The notes: generated by a model from the sequence alone, not told the origin. Shown: positions 40,201 through 49,512, counted from the first letter of the stretch. The stretch: DNA of 64,000 bases from Shewanella sp. (GCF_041630135.1 NZ_JBFKLW010000019.1:2675-66674), one strand, 5' to 3'. Numbers and translations: made by a program.

Positions 40201-40899
40201 ATGATTGTGAGACTGGATAAATTTCTGGCTGAAACCACCGACCTGAGCCGTGGACTGGCAAAAAAAGCCATCAGCGGTGGTGATGTAACCTGCGATGGTG
40301 AGGTTGTTAAAAATCCGGCCTTCAAAGTAGCGGACGGTGCCCGGGTATGTCTTGAAGGCGAGCACCTTGAGCTGGTGGGAGTCCGTTACTTGATGCTGAA
40401 TAAGCCGGTGGACACCATTTGCTCCACCCTGGACGAATACTATCCGTCGGTGATTTCTTTGCTTGATATTGCCCGCGCCGATAAATTGCATATCGCCGGC
40501 AGACTCGATGCCGATACCACCGGCCTTGTGCTTATCACTGACGATGGTCAGTGGTCCCACAAGGTTACCTCCCCAAAGCGCGACTGTGCCAAGCGCTATC
40601 GGGTGCAACTGGCCGATCCGCTGACCGCGGATTTGGTGCAGGTATTTTCCAATGGCCTGCAGCTTAATGGTGAAGAAGGGCTGACCAAGCCAGCAGTGCT
40701 TGAGATCCTGGCGGACACCGAAGCCCTGCTCAGCATTACTGAAGGCAAATACCATCAGGTAAAGCGGATGTTTGCCGCCGTGGGTAACAAGGTGGTGGGG
40801 CTGCACCGTGAAGCCATAGGCGCGATTGAGCTTGACTTGGCTCTGAAGCCGGGTGAGTGGCGTTACCTGACCGATGCAGAGGTCGCCTCCGTCAGTTGA
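40201..40899 (+). CDS. rsuA: 16S rRNA pseudouridine(516) synthase
   Basis: S4 domain plus GRLDADTTGLVL and YHQVKRMFAAVGN, colinear with E. coli RsuA. GTG 40207 is an alternative start. Confidence 0.88.
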   Translation: MIVRLDKFLAETTDLSRGLAKKAISGGDVTCDGEVVKNPAFKVADGARVCLEGEHLELVGVRYLMLNKPVDTICSTLDEYYPSVISLLDIARADKLHIAGRLDADTTGLVLITDDGQWSHKVTSPKRDCAKRYRVQLADPLTADLVQVFSNGLQLNGEEGLTKPAVLEILADTEALLSITEGKYHQVKRMFAAVGNKVVGLHREAIGAIELDLALKPGEWRYLTDAEVASVS

Positions 40900-40926
40900 G
40901 CGCACTCAGCGCGAACGCAAATAATG

Positions 40927-40954
40927 AAAAGGGCCTTCGATGAAGGCCCTTTTT
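40927..40954. terminator. bidirectional terminator between rsuA and the S8 protease gene
   Basis: AAAA GGGCCTTC gat GAAGGCCC TTTTT. Confidence 0.85.
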
Positions 40955-40970
40955 GGTTCAAAGACTCAGG

Positions 40971-43900
40971 TTAGTGTCTGCGACGACCCGCACCCAGCAG
41001 ACCGAGCAGCATCAGGCTCAGGAAGCCCAGACTACCGCCACCACTCTTGGATGGAGGTGTTGGAGTTTCCGGTGTTGGAGGTGTTGGCTCCACGCCGTCT
41101 GAGTTCACTGTCAGCGTAAAGCTGGTGGAACTCTTGTCGTTAGGGAACAAGTTATCTGCAACTGTTACTGTCACTATGGTCTCACCCCAGAAATCAGCTG
41201 CTGGTGTGATGTCAAAGGTCGCACCTGAACCGTGTCCATTGACGATGGCAGTAATGTTATCTCCGCTGACAGTGATAGTATTTTTCGATAACCCACCGTC
41301 ATTGTCTGCATAGTTAACGACGATACCAGTAAGTGTGGTGTTTTCATCCATTGTCTTGTCGCTGATTGGCGAGATAATGATGTTTGAGGCCACTGCGATA
41401 ACCTGTTCAACATTGGCGTTCGCGATGCCTTCCACATCACCGATTATCTTGACAGTTTGATCTACACCAAGGGCGTCGTGGGTGACCTCTGCCTTCATGT
41501 TGACAATTATCATGCTGTCACTTGGGCCGCTGATGTCGTAACAGACAACCAAGTTATCTTGTACTTTTTCAGTGAGGTTATTAAAGGCATAACTCTGGCC
41601 TGTGTAACCTTTCAGCGGGCCGTAAGTAGCGCGTGGGCCATTATAACCACGAACACCTATTGAACCTTCTCCCTTTTCGTCAGCAAAGCTAATGTTGTCA
41701 TAGGCCATGATGATTTCAAATTCACCCTGCTTATGACTGGTGTTGGCTTTCAGGAATACTTGGAAGTCGTAGCTGTCATCACGTGGTGTAATGAGCTGAT
41801 TCCAGCTTTCATCCCAACTTTGGTCATGGGTGGCAGCTTTGTTCCATTCGATAATGGTGTAATCATCGGCATAGGCAAGTGTGACTCCTTTCTCTTGATT
41901 GATATCCCAGCTGGGCTCATATTTGGCGAGATTCCATTTTTGTGAACCGAACATTGCCATTGGATCCGCTGCATCAAGCCCGCCCCAGAAAGGTGCGACG
42001 ATAAAGTCAGGCGGAACAGAATACTCTTTTGCAGGCAGCTCCAGGTAAAAATCTCCTGGCACGGGGCTCCAAGGGTCATATTGCAGAGTATCAAGCTGTA
42101 ACCAGCCCTTTGAGCTTAGGATTATTGAGTCAGTGGTAAAATAGTCCGCATTATCAAACGGCGCCATGGTGCCAGTTATTAATGGAATTTCGGTATCGTG
42201 TACCCAGTTACCCCAACCCCATTGGTTGACTTCATAGAAACTGCCCCAAGTGACATTGAAGCCGAATTTCGCCAAATCTAAATAACCACCATTAACGGGG
42301 GTGCCGTCAGGATAATCAATGTCGAGTGGTGTGCGACACATTTTATCTTCAAGGCTTGTGGTGATTTTATAGTCGGTTTTCTTATCGACAGTGTTAAGTT
42401 GGGTACTGACCAACGTAAAACCATTTTCTGTTTCGGTGAGCCCGTCAACAGTCGTCATTGAACCGGGGATTAGCTTTAACCCATTTGAGAGCGTCGCACT
42501 GAGTTCTATAGCTCGGTCATTACCAGAAAGATTAGGTTGTACTACTACACTCAAATCAACAATGTCACCGATACGCGCGGCATCCTGAGAGCTTTCGATA
42601 GACACGCTGTTGACACCACGGGTGATCTGCAGCGGTACCAGCGCGAGTGAACCATCGGCGTTATCCCCAGCGGCAATGGCTGCCGCAGAGTAGTAACGCT
42701 TACCTTGCTCCATCGCCATATTCCAGTCGATGGTCAGAGTTGAGTTAAGCTTAGCGGTCTCTTCAAAGTTAAGGCTTATCGCTGAAGTCTGCTCCTTCGG
42801 AATAATAACGTGTGCCAACTCAACTGTGTCTATGTTCTCCCATGGAAATAGTGGATAGGCGCTGAGTACCATGATGGTGTACTCGCCATCTTCAGGATTT
42901 TCCAACGCGCAGTATTCACCTTTTGTGGTCTGGCCTAACATAGAGCCACAAATTGCTTCGGACTGGTGCAGACGGCCATCGTTGTTATAGTCCCTGAAAA
43001 TATAAAGGTCTGTATCCAAATACTGATTTAACGGATGATCTATTTCTGAACCGGTTCTTCCCAACAATTCTGCACGGAATACGGCGGTATTTTCCGGTAC
43101 TTCCACTTTGATTGTTTTCAGGTTTGGTTTGGTCAAATCCCAATAGAACTCGTCATCAACCATCGGTGAACCAAAGCCCATACGCGGCAGGGTTACCTCG
43201 GTTACAGTGGCTTCCACCGGGGTATATGCAACGCCTGAAAGGCTTGAGCCAGGGGCACCAAAAGGCACATTTGCAATGACATACTGTGACTGATCATCGT
43301 GGGCTGTGATATTGATAGTGCTTGGCAAAGTTTTTCCGGCATATGTTGCCAAAAATGGCCAGTGACCTGCGGGAACTGTACTGTCTTCAGGAATAAACTG
43401 AATTTCTCCGGATGTGGTTTGAACTGTACCGTCGTACCAAGCCATATCCGATTCTTGGAATTTACTTGTAACAGTTAAGTCAATGGTTTCACCCGCTTTT
43501 AATGTGAAGCTGGATGGTGAAACCGTAACTTTGGCCGTTGGGTCAAGAGTAAAGTCCCAATATAATGGTGAGCGATCTGCATAGGTTGCTTCAACATTCC
43601 AGGTACCGTCACGGGTTGCTTTTACTGTGCGGATCCAGCTGCAACTTAAGCCACAGTCCTGGTTTATCAATTGTGGTAGGTTCAGCTCACGAACCTGGCC
43701 ACCATTGCGTGGGTTTGCTCTGCGGAAGTTATCAGCAGTTTCATCCATGACAAGGCCGCTATTTATGGCGCGTTCGACATTTACCAGACCATGGCCAGCT
43801 CGATAAGGGCCAGCAACTTCAACCTTCTGATCAAGTGGATGCTTAGTTTTGATAGCTTGACTGTCAGCCGTCATTTGCAATGCTGACTGGACTTCGGAGG

Positions 43901-45989
43901 CGCTCCAGCTTGGATTGGCCTGGCGTACCAAGGCCATAACCCCTGCCACATGTGGACTTGCCATTGAAGTGCCACTGATAGCATTGTAGTTACGGGTATC
44001 AGCCTGAGGGTTCAGCGGATTTTCATCGTTCCACGCCGCGAAAATATCAACGCCGGGAGCTGCAATACCTGGCGAAAAGAGTTCGCTTATTGTGCTAGAT
44101 GGTCCACGAGAAGAAAAACTGGCGAGCTGATCTGCATCATCAGGATTTATCACCCGAGTTGCGGTTGATGCTGTAATGGTGCCTTGTAAATCTGTGCCTG
44201 ACTGAAGCCAAGGTTGCAGTCCTTTAATGCGCCAGTTGCCATACCATTGGGTAGCAGTGATGTGCACGCCGGGAATTGCATAAGTATCATTGGACACCTG
44301 ATCACCTTCACTCCAGGTGTTGTAAAGTACAAAACCACCCGCGCCACCGGAGGCGACGTTTACGGCTTTTTCAACCCTGGCAATATCACCTCGTTCACAC
44401 ACAACGATGTCAGTTGCTTCAAAGGTTCCTGCTGGGAAAGGGGAGTTACAACGTGCATCACCCATATCGGCTGCAATAACAAAGCGACCCGTGAAAGCAT
44501 CCGATATCCCTGCTGCGTCGAGTCTGGCAGGCATCAGGCTGGCATCTCCGCCTATGAAATTATCCAGTGCTTTGTCAGCGATCACTATTGAGCGGGCGTG
44601 GGTTGTCGCTGCCACATTTAACGCCCAAGGAGAGGTATGGTCGACAGTGTACAGGGAGTCTGTGCCATAGGCTTCCCCGGAGTTACCGGCTGATAATGCA
44701 ACGGCGACTCCAGCTTCTCTGGCTGAAAGGAAAGCCATTTCGAATGCGTCATCCCATGGAAAGCTTTCGCTGCCACCAATGGACATGTTGATGACGTCAA
44801 CCCCATCTTTAATGGCTTGTTCAATCGCAAAGAGCATGGCTGCTCCGGAGCAGCCACCGCTGACCATACACACTTGATAGGAGATGATGTTGGCATGTGG
44901 TGCGACCCCTGATATTTTTGGCATTTTCACGCCAATCGGGTTGCCAGGTCCGCCGCCCAGTTGTGAGCCTACGACATCGACATCATACAGAACGTTACCG
45001 GCAACGGTACTGGCAACATGGCTGCCGTGCCCCTGGAAGTCCTCACCAAATTTGGGTGCGAGGGGATTTCCCCATTCATCAACGTACTCGGCAGTTACAT
45101 CTTTGTGAGTGTAAACGCCTATTAGTTTGTCGTTGCAACGATCAGCAAATTCGTCAGTGGCACAATCGCCCAAATAATTTCCGGAACCCAGAGGGTTAAT
45201 GTGTTGGTAGCCATCGTCACCGACAGACGCAAAAGAAGGATGATCAGTATTTACGCCAGTATCTATGATGCCGACTATCATACCCTCGCCCTGGTATTTA
45301 CCACCATCCGAGGTACTGGTGCCCTCCCAAACGCCCTTAGCGCCTATATGTTCCGGTCCAATATCAGTATGGAGTTCATATGTTTTGGAACGCTGAATGT
45401 AGGCCACTTCTGGCATGGCCGCTAACTGGATGGCCTCATCTTGTGTCATTTCTACGGTTACAGCATTGATAGCCAGGGTGAATTGTTGTTTAGCCCTGAT
45501 ACCTGCCTTTTGGATAAAGTTTTGTTGTTCAGACAGGAGGTGATTGCTATAGGCTGCAATTCTGCTGGCATTTGTGCCTGTTGGCTTACCGGCACTGAAC
45601 AGCTTGGGCTGTTTGCTGCTGAGGCCTGTGCTATTCAAGCTCGCTTGGGTTGCCTGTAAACCCGGGATATTACCTTTGTAGGTGGCAACTGAATCGCCGT
45701 GCAACCTGACTATGTAGGTCTGTGTCCCTTTAAGGTCTTGTTCGATTTTCAGCTTTTCACTCGGCTGTTTGGCTTCGAAATGGATGTTACGCATTTCCCC
45801 CCGTCTGAGCGGTTTGGTAACTTGCGCCCCATCCTCACCCATCTTGGCTTTTGCCTGCTGCTGGGCTTGGTACAGCTCCATTACGTTAACACTTTTTATT
45901 CTTTGATTGTCGATTGCGTGAGCGCTCGACATCGCTAACGCGCCATAGATGGCACTCGTTATTGCGATCGAAATTGAGTTTAATTTCAC
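40971..45989 (-). CDS. very large secreted subtilisin-family (S8) serine protease with PA insert, PPC-like and Ig/cadherin-like domains, and a GlyGly-CTERM sorting signal
   Basis: Catalytic triad motifs IIDTGV, HGSHVAST and GTSMASPHVAG. PA-like insert (VVCERGDIARVEKA). The C-terminus is PTPPTPETPTPPSKSGGGSLGFLSLMLLGLLGAGRRRH. I prefer the GTG 45989 start (AAGGAG 7 nt upstream) over TTG 45995. Confidence 0.88.
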   Translation of the reverse strand: MKLNSISIAITSAIYGALAMSSAHAIDNQRIKSVNVMELYQAQQQAKAKMGEDGAQVTKPLRRGEMRNIHFEAKQPSEKLKIEQDLKGTQTYIVRLHGDSVATYKGNIPGLQATQASLNSTGLSSKQPKLFSAGKPTGTNASRIAAYSNHLLSEQQNFIQKAGIRAKQQFTLAINAVTVEMTQDEAIQLAAMPEVAYIQRSKTYELHTDIGPEHIGAKGVWEGTSTSDGGKYQGEGMIVGIIDTGVNTDHPSFASVGDDGYQHINPLGSGNYLGDCATDEFADRCNDKLIGVYTHKDVTAEYVDEWGNPLAPKFGEDFQGHGSHVASTVAGNVLYDVDVVGSQLGGGPGNPIGVKMPKISGVAPHANIISYQVCMVSGGCSGAAMLFAIEQAIKDGVDVINMSIGGSESFPWDDAFEMAFLSAREAGVAVALSAGNSGEAYGTDSLYTVDHTSPWALNVAATTHARSIVIADKALDNFIGGDASLMPARLDAAGISDAFTGRFVIAADMGDARCNSPFPAGTFEATDIVVCERGDIARVEKAVNVASGGAGGFVLYNTWSEGDQVSNDTYAIPGVHITATQWYGNWRIKGLQPWLQSGTDLQGTITASTATRVINPDDADQLASFSSRGPSSTISELFSPGIAAPGVDIFAAWNDENPLNPQADTRNYNAISGTSMASPHVAGVMALVRQANPSWSASEVQSALQMTADSQAIKTKHPLDQKVEVAGPYRAGHGLVNVERAINSGLVMDETADNFRRANPRNGGQVRELNLPQLINQDCGLSCSWIRTVKATRDGTWNVEATYADRSPLYWDFTLDPTAKVTVSPSSFTLKAGETIDLTVTSKFQESDMAWYDGTVQTTSGEIQFIPEDSTVPAGHWPFLATYAGKTLPSTINITAHDDQSQYVIANVPFGAPGSSLSGVAYTPVEATVTEVTLPRMGFGSPMVDDEFYWDLTKPNLKTIKVEVPENTAVFRAELLGRTGSEIDHPLNQYLDTDLYIFRDYNNDGRLHQSEAICGSMLGQTTKGEYCALENPEDGEYTIMVLSAYPLFPWENIDTVELAHVIIPKEQTSAISLNFEETAKLNSTLTIDWNMAMEQGKRYYSAAAIAAGDNADGSLALVPLQITRGVNSVSIESSQDAARIGDIVDLSVVVQPNLSGNDRAIELSATLSNGLKLIPGSMTTVDGLTETENGFTLVSTQLNTVDKKTDYKITTSLEDKMCRTPLDIDYPDGTPVNGGYLDLAKFGFNVTWGSFYEVNQWGWGNWVHDTEIPLITGTMAPFDNADYFTTDSIILSSKGWLQLDTLQYDPWSPVPGDFYLELPAKEYSVPPDFIVAPFWGGLDAADPMAMFGSQKWNLAKYEPSWDINQEKGVTLAYADDYTIIEWNKAATHDQSWDESWNQLITPRDDSYDFQVFLKANTSHKQGEFEIIMAYDNISFADEKGEGSIGVRGYNGPRATYGPLKGYTGQSYAFNNLTEKVQDNLVVCYDISGPSDSMIIVNMKAEVTHDALGVDQTVKIIGDVEGIANANVEQVIAVASNIIISPISDKTMDENTTLTGIVVNYADNDGGLSKNTITVSGDNITAIVNGHGSGATFDITPAADFWGETIVTVTVADNLFPNDKSSTSFTLTVNSDGVEPTPPTPETPTPPSKSGGGSLGFLSLMLLGLLGAGRRRH

Positions 45990-46321
45990 TGTCAATCTCC
46001 TTAAGGCATGGCTTTATTGTTGTATTTTTTCTGCAAAGAACCGCTATGGCATCATTGTGGGAACGATCCCCTCAGTGCAGATAATCAAGATGCCGATGGT
46101 CTTCTGCTTTACCAATGGCTGCTGCAGTAGTTCTTTCGCCAGAGATACTCAGTGAGGTACTGAAGTAACGTCCAATGCATATTTGTTTGTTGATCGATGC
46201 ATAAAAGCTATTGCTCGCCACTCAGGTAATGACAAAGTTGAAAATATGTTTCTTTTTATCATCGCGTTAGCCTTGATTAGACTCTGCAATGAGCAATGTC
46301 GCGATTTTATTGGGCTGTTAC

Positions 46322-46375
46322 GTATTGATACAAAGGTGAGGTAAGGTGGTGGTTGTTAACAGTCTTGATACAAAG
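46322..46375. repeat. direct repeat GTnTTGATACAAAG, two copies 40 bp apart
   Basis: Copies at 46322-46335 and 46362-46375. The 11-nt core TTGATACAAAG is identical in both. They lie in the protease/LysR divergent intergenic region. Confidence 0.9.
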
Positions 46376-46480
46376 TGTAAATTTTGTCCGCTTGTCTACC
46401 ATAGTCAGATTGCATAGATTGAAGGGCGGTATCCGATAAAAGTATGACTTAGAACATACCTGCGTCCCTGGGTGGTAATT

Positions 46481-47395
46481 ATGGAATTACGACATTTACG
46501 GCATTTTCTGGTGTTGGCACAGATAAAGAATTTTAATCAGGCCGCGACCAAGCTGAATCTGGCTCAGCCTTCTCTTAGCCGTTCTATCCAGCGCATGGAG
46601 GAATTACTGGGTGTGCAGTTATTGGAACGCCATGCCCGTGGGGTTGAGTTGACCCGATTTGGCGAGCTTGTTCAGAGCCGCGGCAGTCAAATTGCCATAG
46701 AACTGGAGAGCATGGAGCGTGAGATCCGCTCGTTGAAGGGGGTTAATCGGGGCGAGTTAGTCATAGGCGCAAGCCCCTTGCCTTCATCTCACATGCTGGG
46801 GCCTGTGGTAGGACGCTTTTTATCAAAGTACCCGACCGTTAATGTCGAGCTTAAAGTTGATGGCTGGCGGGCATTGAGAGATAGGCTACAGCAGGGAGCC
46901 TTGTCATTTTTTATTGCAGAAACCCGGGTTACCGGGCTTGACCAGGACTCGGAGCTTAGCCTGGTGCCGCTGCCGCCATTCAAAGTCGTATTTTGTGTGC
47001 GAAGAGCGCATCCTTTAAGTCGTCATGAAGCGCTGACGTTGACTGAGCTGGCGAACTATCCCATGGCTATCCCAAGAGAGCTGCCCGAGCAGGTTGCTGC
47101 ACAATTTGGCCAGTTGTTATCGCCACAGGGGCGTGCGAATGGTGGCTTGCTGAAATTTGATCAGTTCAGCAGTATCAAGTCGTCTCTGCCGGATTGCGAT
47201 TTGATTGCTCTCATCCCGGAGTTGGGGATAAGCGAAGAGTTAAAGCGTGGTGAGCTGGTGGCTTTACCCGTAACAGATATGCCACTGCTTAATGCAAATT
47301 TCAGCGTGGTGTATTGGAGAAGGCGGGAATTGGATGAGCTGGCCTCGGCGTTTATTAGCTTCCTTGAGGCCTCACTCATCCACGAAAGACACTGA
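46481..47395 (+). CDS. LysR-family transcriptional regulator
   Basis: N-terminal HTH (MELRHLRHFLVLAQIKNFNQAATKLNLAQPSLSRSIQRMEE) and LysR substrate-binding-domain length. Confidence 0.88.
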   Translation: MELRHLRHFLVLAQIKNFNQAATKLNLAQPSLSRSIQRMEELLGVQLLERHARGVELTRFGELVQSRGSQIAIELESMEREIRSLKGVNRGELVIGASPLPSSHMLGPVVGRFLSKYPTVNVELKVDGWRALRDRLQQGALSFFIAETRVTGLDQDSELSLVPLPPFKVVFCVRRAHPLSRHEALTLTELANYPMAIPRELPEQVAAQFGQLLSPQGRANGGLLKFDQFSSIKSSLPDCDLIALIPELGISEELKRGELVALPVTDMPLLNANFSVVYWRRRELDELASAFISFLEASLIHERH

Positions 47396-47430
47396 TTAAT
47401 CCAGAGTCACTTTAATCCAGAGTCACTTTA
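47396..47430. repeat. perfect 16-nt tandem duplication (2.2 copies of TTAATCCAGAGTCACT) spanning the stop codon of the DUF4097 gene
   Basis: 47396-47411 equals 47412-47427, followed by TTA. The second copy encodes ..VTLD plus the stop on the minus strand. Confidence 0.95.
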
Positions 47431-48341
47431 CCGCTCAGAGTCGACAGTTCAATAATTCCTGTACCGTCACCAAGTTGCATATCCAGACTGCTTCCCGGGC
47501 CATATTTGGGTTTGCTCGGTGCATCGCCCGAGAGGTTATTGTCAATCCTGCCACCGGGACCGCCATTGATATCAACGCGTGCATTGGCAGCATCGAGCAG
47601 CTTGAGAGTGATATCACCACTGACTGATTCGCCGGATAGCTTAACATTGCCTTTGAGCGACAGTTTTGCATCACCGCTGACGGCGTTGTACTTTACCGTG
47701 CCGGCATTGGCAAGCTGGGCTTCGGTATCGCCGGAAACCTGCTCAATAAGGACCGTCTGTGCTTGAGTGGTCAGTTTAATATTGCCGCTGACCGATTTGT
47801 AATTTGCTTCGTCGCTGCTGGAGTTTTTGTCTTGAATGGTGCCTGAAACTGTTTCCATATTAACTTTTCCAGAAAGCTCGCTGGCATCTATTTCGCCGGA
47901 TACAGTATTAAAGCTGACTTGACCGGTCAGGCTGGCGGCTGTGATATCGCCGGATACGGTGCCAAGCTCCACATCGCCCATCAGTCCATTCAGTTGATAA
48001 TCGGCGGAGATACTTTCGGCTTTCAATGCCATACCGGCTGGTACGCTGATTTTCAGAGCTGACCCCTGACTGTTTTTGCCCTGGTAGCTCTTGGGCATTT
48101 TATCTTCCAGCAGGATCCGGCCACTTTGGCTTTCAAACACCAAACCTTCGCTGAGCTCATCCAGCGTGCCTTGCACCTGAATGGTGTTTTTATCCCAGGG
48201 GCTCAACTCAACCTGACCTCGCTGCACTTTAACTTCCAGCATTGTCTGACCGCTAAGCTCAAGGTGTTTATCCACCTTTTCGGCCGCAAACAGTGGACTT
48301 GTAAGCAGGCACAGTAATGTCAATGTGTGCAGAGTCTTCAT
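47412..48341 (-). CDS. DUF4097-type beta-repeat protein (putative adhesin/LiaG-like), secreted
   Basis: Signal peptide and about 8 periodic (T/S)VSG(D/E/T/N)I repeats. Confidence 0.7.
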   Translation of the reverse strand: MKTLHTLTLLCLLTSPLFAAEKVDKHLELSGQTMLEVKVQRGQVELSPWDKNTIQVQGTLDELSEGLVFESQSGRILLEDKMPKSYQGKNSQGSALKISVPAGMALKAESISADYQLNGLMGDVELGTVSGDITAASLTGQVSFNTVSGEIDASELSGKVNMETVSGTIQDKNSSSDEANYKSVSGNIKLTTQAQTVLIEQVSGDTEAQLANAGTVKYNAVSGDAKLSLKGNVKLSGESVSGDITLKLLDAANARVDINGGPGGRIDNNLSGDAPSKPKYGPGSSLDMQLGDGTGIIELSTLSGKVTLD

Positions 48342-48853
48342 AGGGTGTCTCCTTGTGTGGCGGCCGCTGGCAGCCTTTGTCCCTGGGTAAGAAGTTCAAT
48401 TTCGCGGCGCTGGACCCAGAGCCAGAGCTGCCAAAGTTGTTTGTCATGAGGATTGGCTTTTAGCGAACCGAGTATGAGTCGTGCAGCCTCTCGCAATTCT
48501 TGAAGTCCGGCATCCACGGTCTCCTGGAATCCGGCTTTCTGCCATGCATGGCTGGATGCGGTTTCAAGGGAGGCGACTTCCTGAAAATGGGCATGCTCGA
48601 TACTCTCAATCAGAGGCAGCAAACTGTTATCCACTTCCGAAGCTGGCTGCTTTAAAAGCAGGGGCAGCAATGCCAGTAAAAGACAGGCGCTCAGGGCTGC
48701 GGGCATTAGCCATCGTGGCTTGGAAGCTCGATATTCAACCTGTGGCCGGTCCAACCTTGTTGCTATTGCATCCCAGCTGCCCGCAGGTGGTGTCAGCTCT
48801 CTGGGAGCCTTTGCAATCAGTGTGTCGAGCTGTTTGTCGGCTGCATTGGTCAT
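48338..48853 (-). CDS. putative membrane anti-sigma factor
   Basis: Single central TM (WLMPAALSACLLLALLPLLL). 4-nt overlaps with the sigma gene upstream and the DUF4097 gene downstream. Confidence 0.55.
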   Translation of the reverse strand: MTNAADKQLDTLIAKAPRELTPPAGSWDAIATRLDRPQVEYRASKPRWLMPAALSACLLLALLPLLLKQPASEVDNSLLPLIESIEHAHFQEVASLETASSHAWQKAGFQETVDAGLQELREAARLILGSLKANPHDKQLWQLWLWVQRREIELLTQGQRLPAAATQGDTL

Positions 48854-49413
48854 GACAGCATCTCCTTCATCAGTTCCCGCGCCCTGTGGTAGTGGGCCTT
48901 GCTGGTGCCGGTTGAAATCCCCAACAGACTGGCCACTTCCTCGTGGGAAAAGCCTTCAACAGCGAAGAGCACGAACACCAGTCGAGCCCGTTCCGGCAGT
49001 CTGACTATCAGGCGATCGAGCAAGAGTTCATCGTCGTGGCAAGCTTGCTCAGGGGCTTGCTGTAATTGCCAGTCCGGGATCAGACGCCCCCAAAAGCTGC
49101 GGTGCTGCTTGAGGGTGTTTAATGCCTGATTGAGCGCCAGCGAATAAAACCAGGTGCCAAACTGGCTCTCACCGCGAAACTGCGGCAGCTTGTGCCACAG
49201 GCGTACAAAACTTTCCTGCAGAATTTCATCGGCAAGGCTGGGCTCGCCGCCAAGGCGCAGTGCCAGGGCATAAATCCGTTTATGATGCCGTTGATACAGC
49301 TGTTCAAAGGCGAGCTTATCGCCGTCAGCGGCCAGCTGGGCCAGATGGCTGTCGCTGGTATCTGTTTGCTGTGTACTGGCTTGCTTGGAGATGGGGAGCA
49401 CCTTGGGTTCCAT
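48850..49413 (-). CDS. ECF-subfamily RNA polymerase sigma-70 factor
   Basis: Region 2 (YALALRLGG...ESFVRLW) and a region 4 HTH (HEEVASLLGISTGTSKAHYHRA). Confidence 0.85.
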   Translation of the reverse strand: MEPKVLPISKQASTQQTDTSDSHLAQLAADGDKLAFEQLYQRHHKRIYALALRLGGEPSLADEILQESFVRLWHKLPQFRGESQFGTWFYSLALNQALNTLKQHRSFWGRLIPDWQLQQAPEQACHDDELLLDRLIVRLPERARLVFVLFAVEGFSHEEVASLLGISTGTSKAHYHRARELMKEMLS

Positions 49414-49512
49414 CGGTCTTTGTTTGCTATTTAAGACAGATGCCCAAGATAGAAAGGTTTAGTCGGGATGCCAATTCTTTTACATCCCAACGTCAATCAG
49501 AGTTGTAATAGC

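Noticed and set aside
40033-40905. 290-aa ORF antisense to rsuA, and a 301-aa ORF (57847-58752) antisense to rluD: both pseudouridine synthase genes carry full-length antisense ORFs
   Set aside because: The coincidence is striking, but the translated sequences are His/Gln/Gly-rich with no recognisable domain, start context or terminator. They are most simply explained by shared codon bias in the homologous sense genes. Only ribosome profiling would justify reviving them.
45996-46471. Possible c-di-GMP-I (GEMM-I) riboswitch in the leader of the secreted protease. Such riboswitches precede secreted-protein genes in Vibrio and Shewanella.
   Set aside because: Reading the minus strand, I could not find the conserved GGCAAACC or GGGACGCAAAGCC elements, or the paired GNRA tetraloop/receptor hairpins. 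It still deserves a cmsearch, but nothing supports it by eye.
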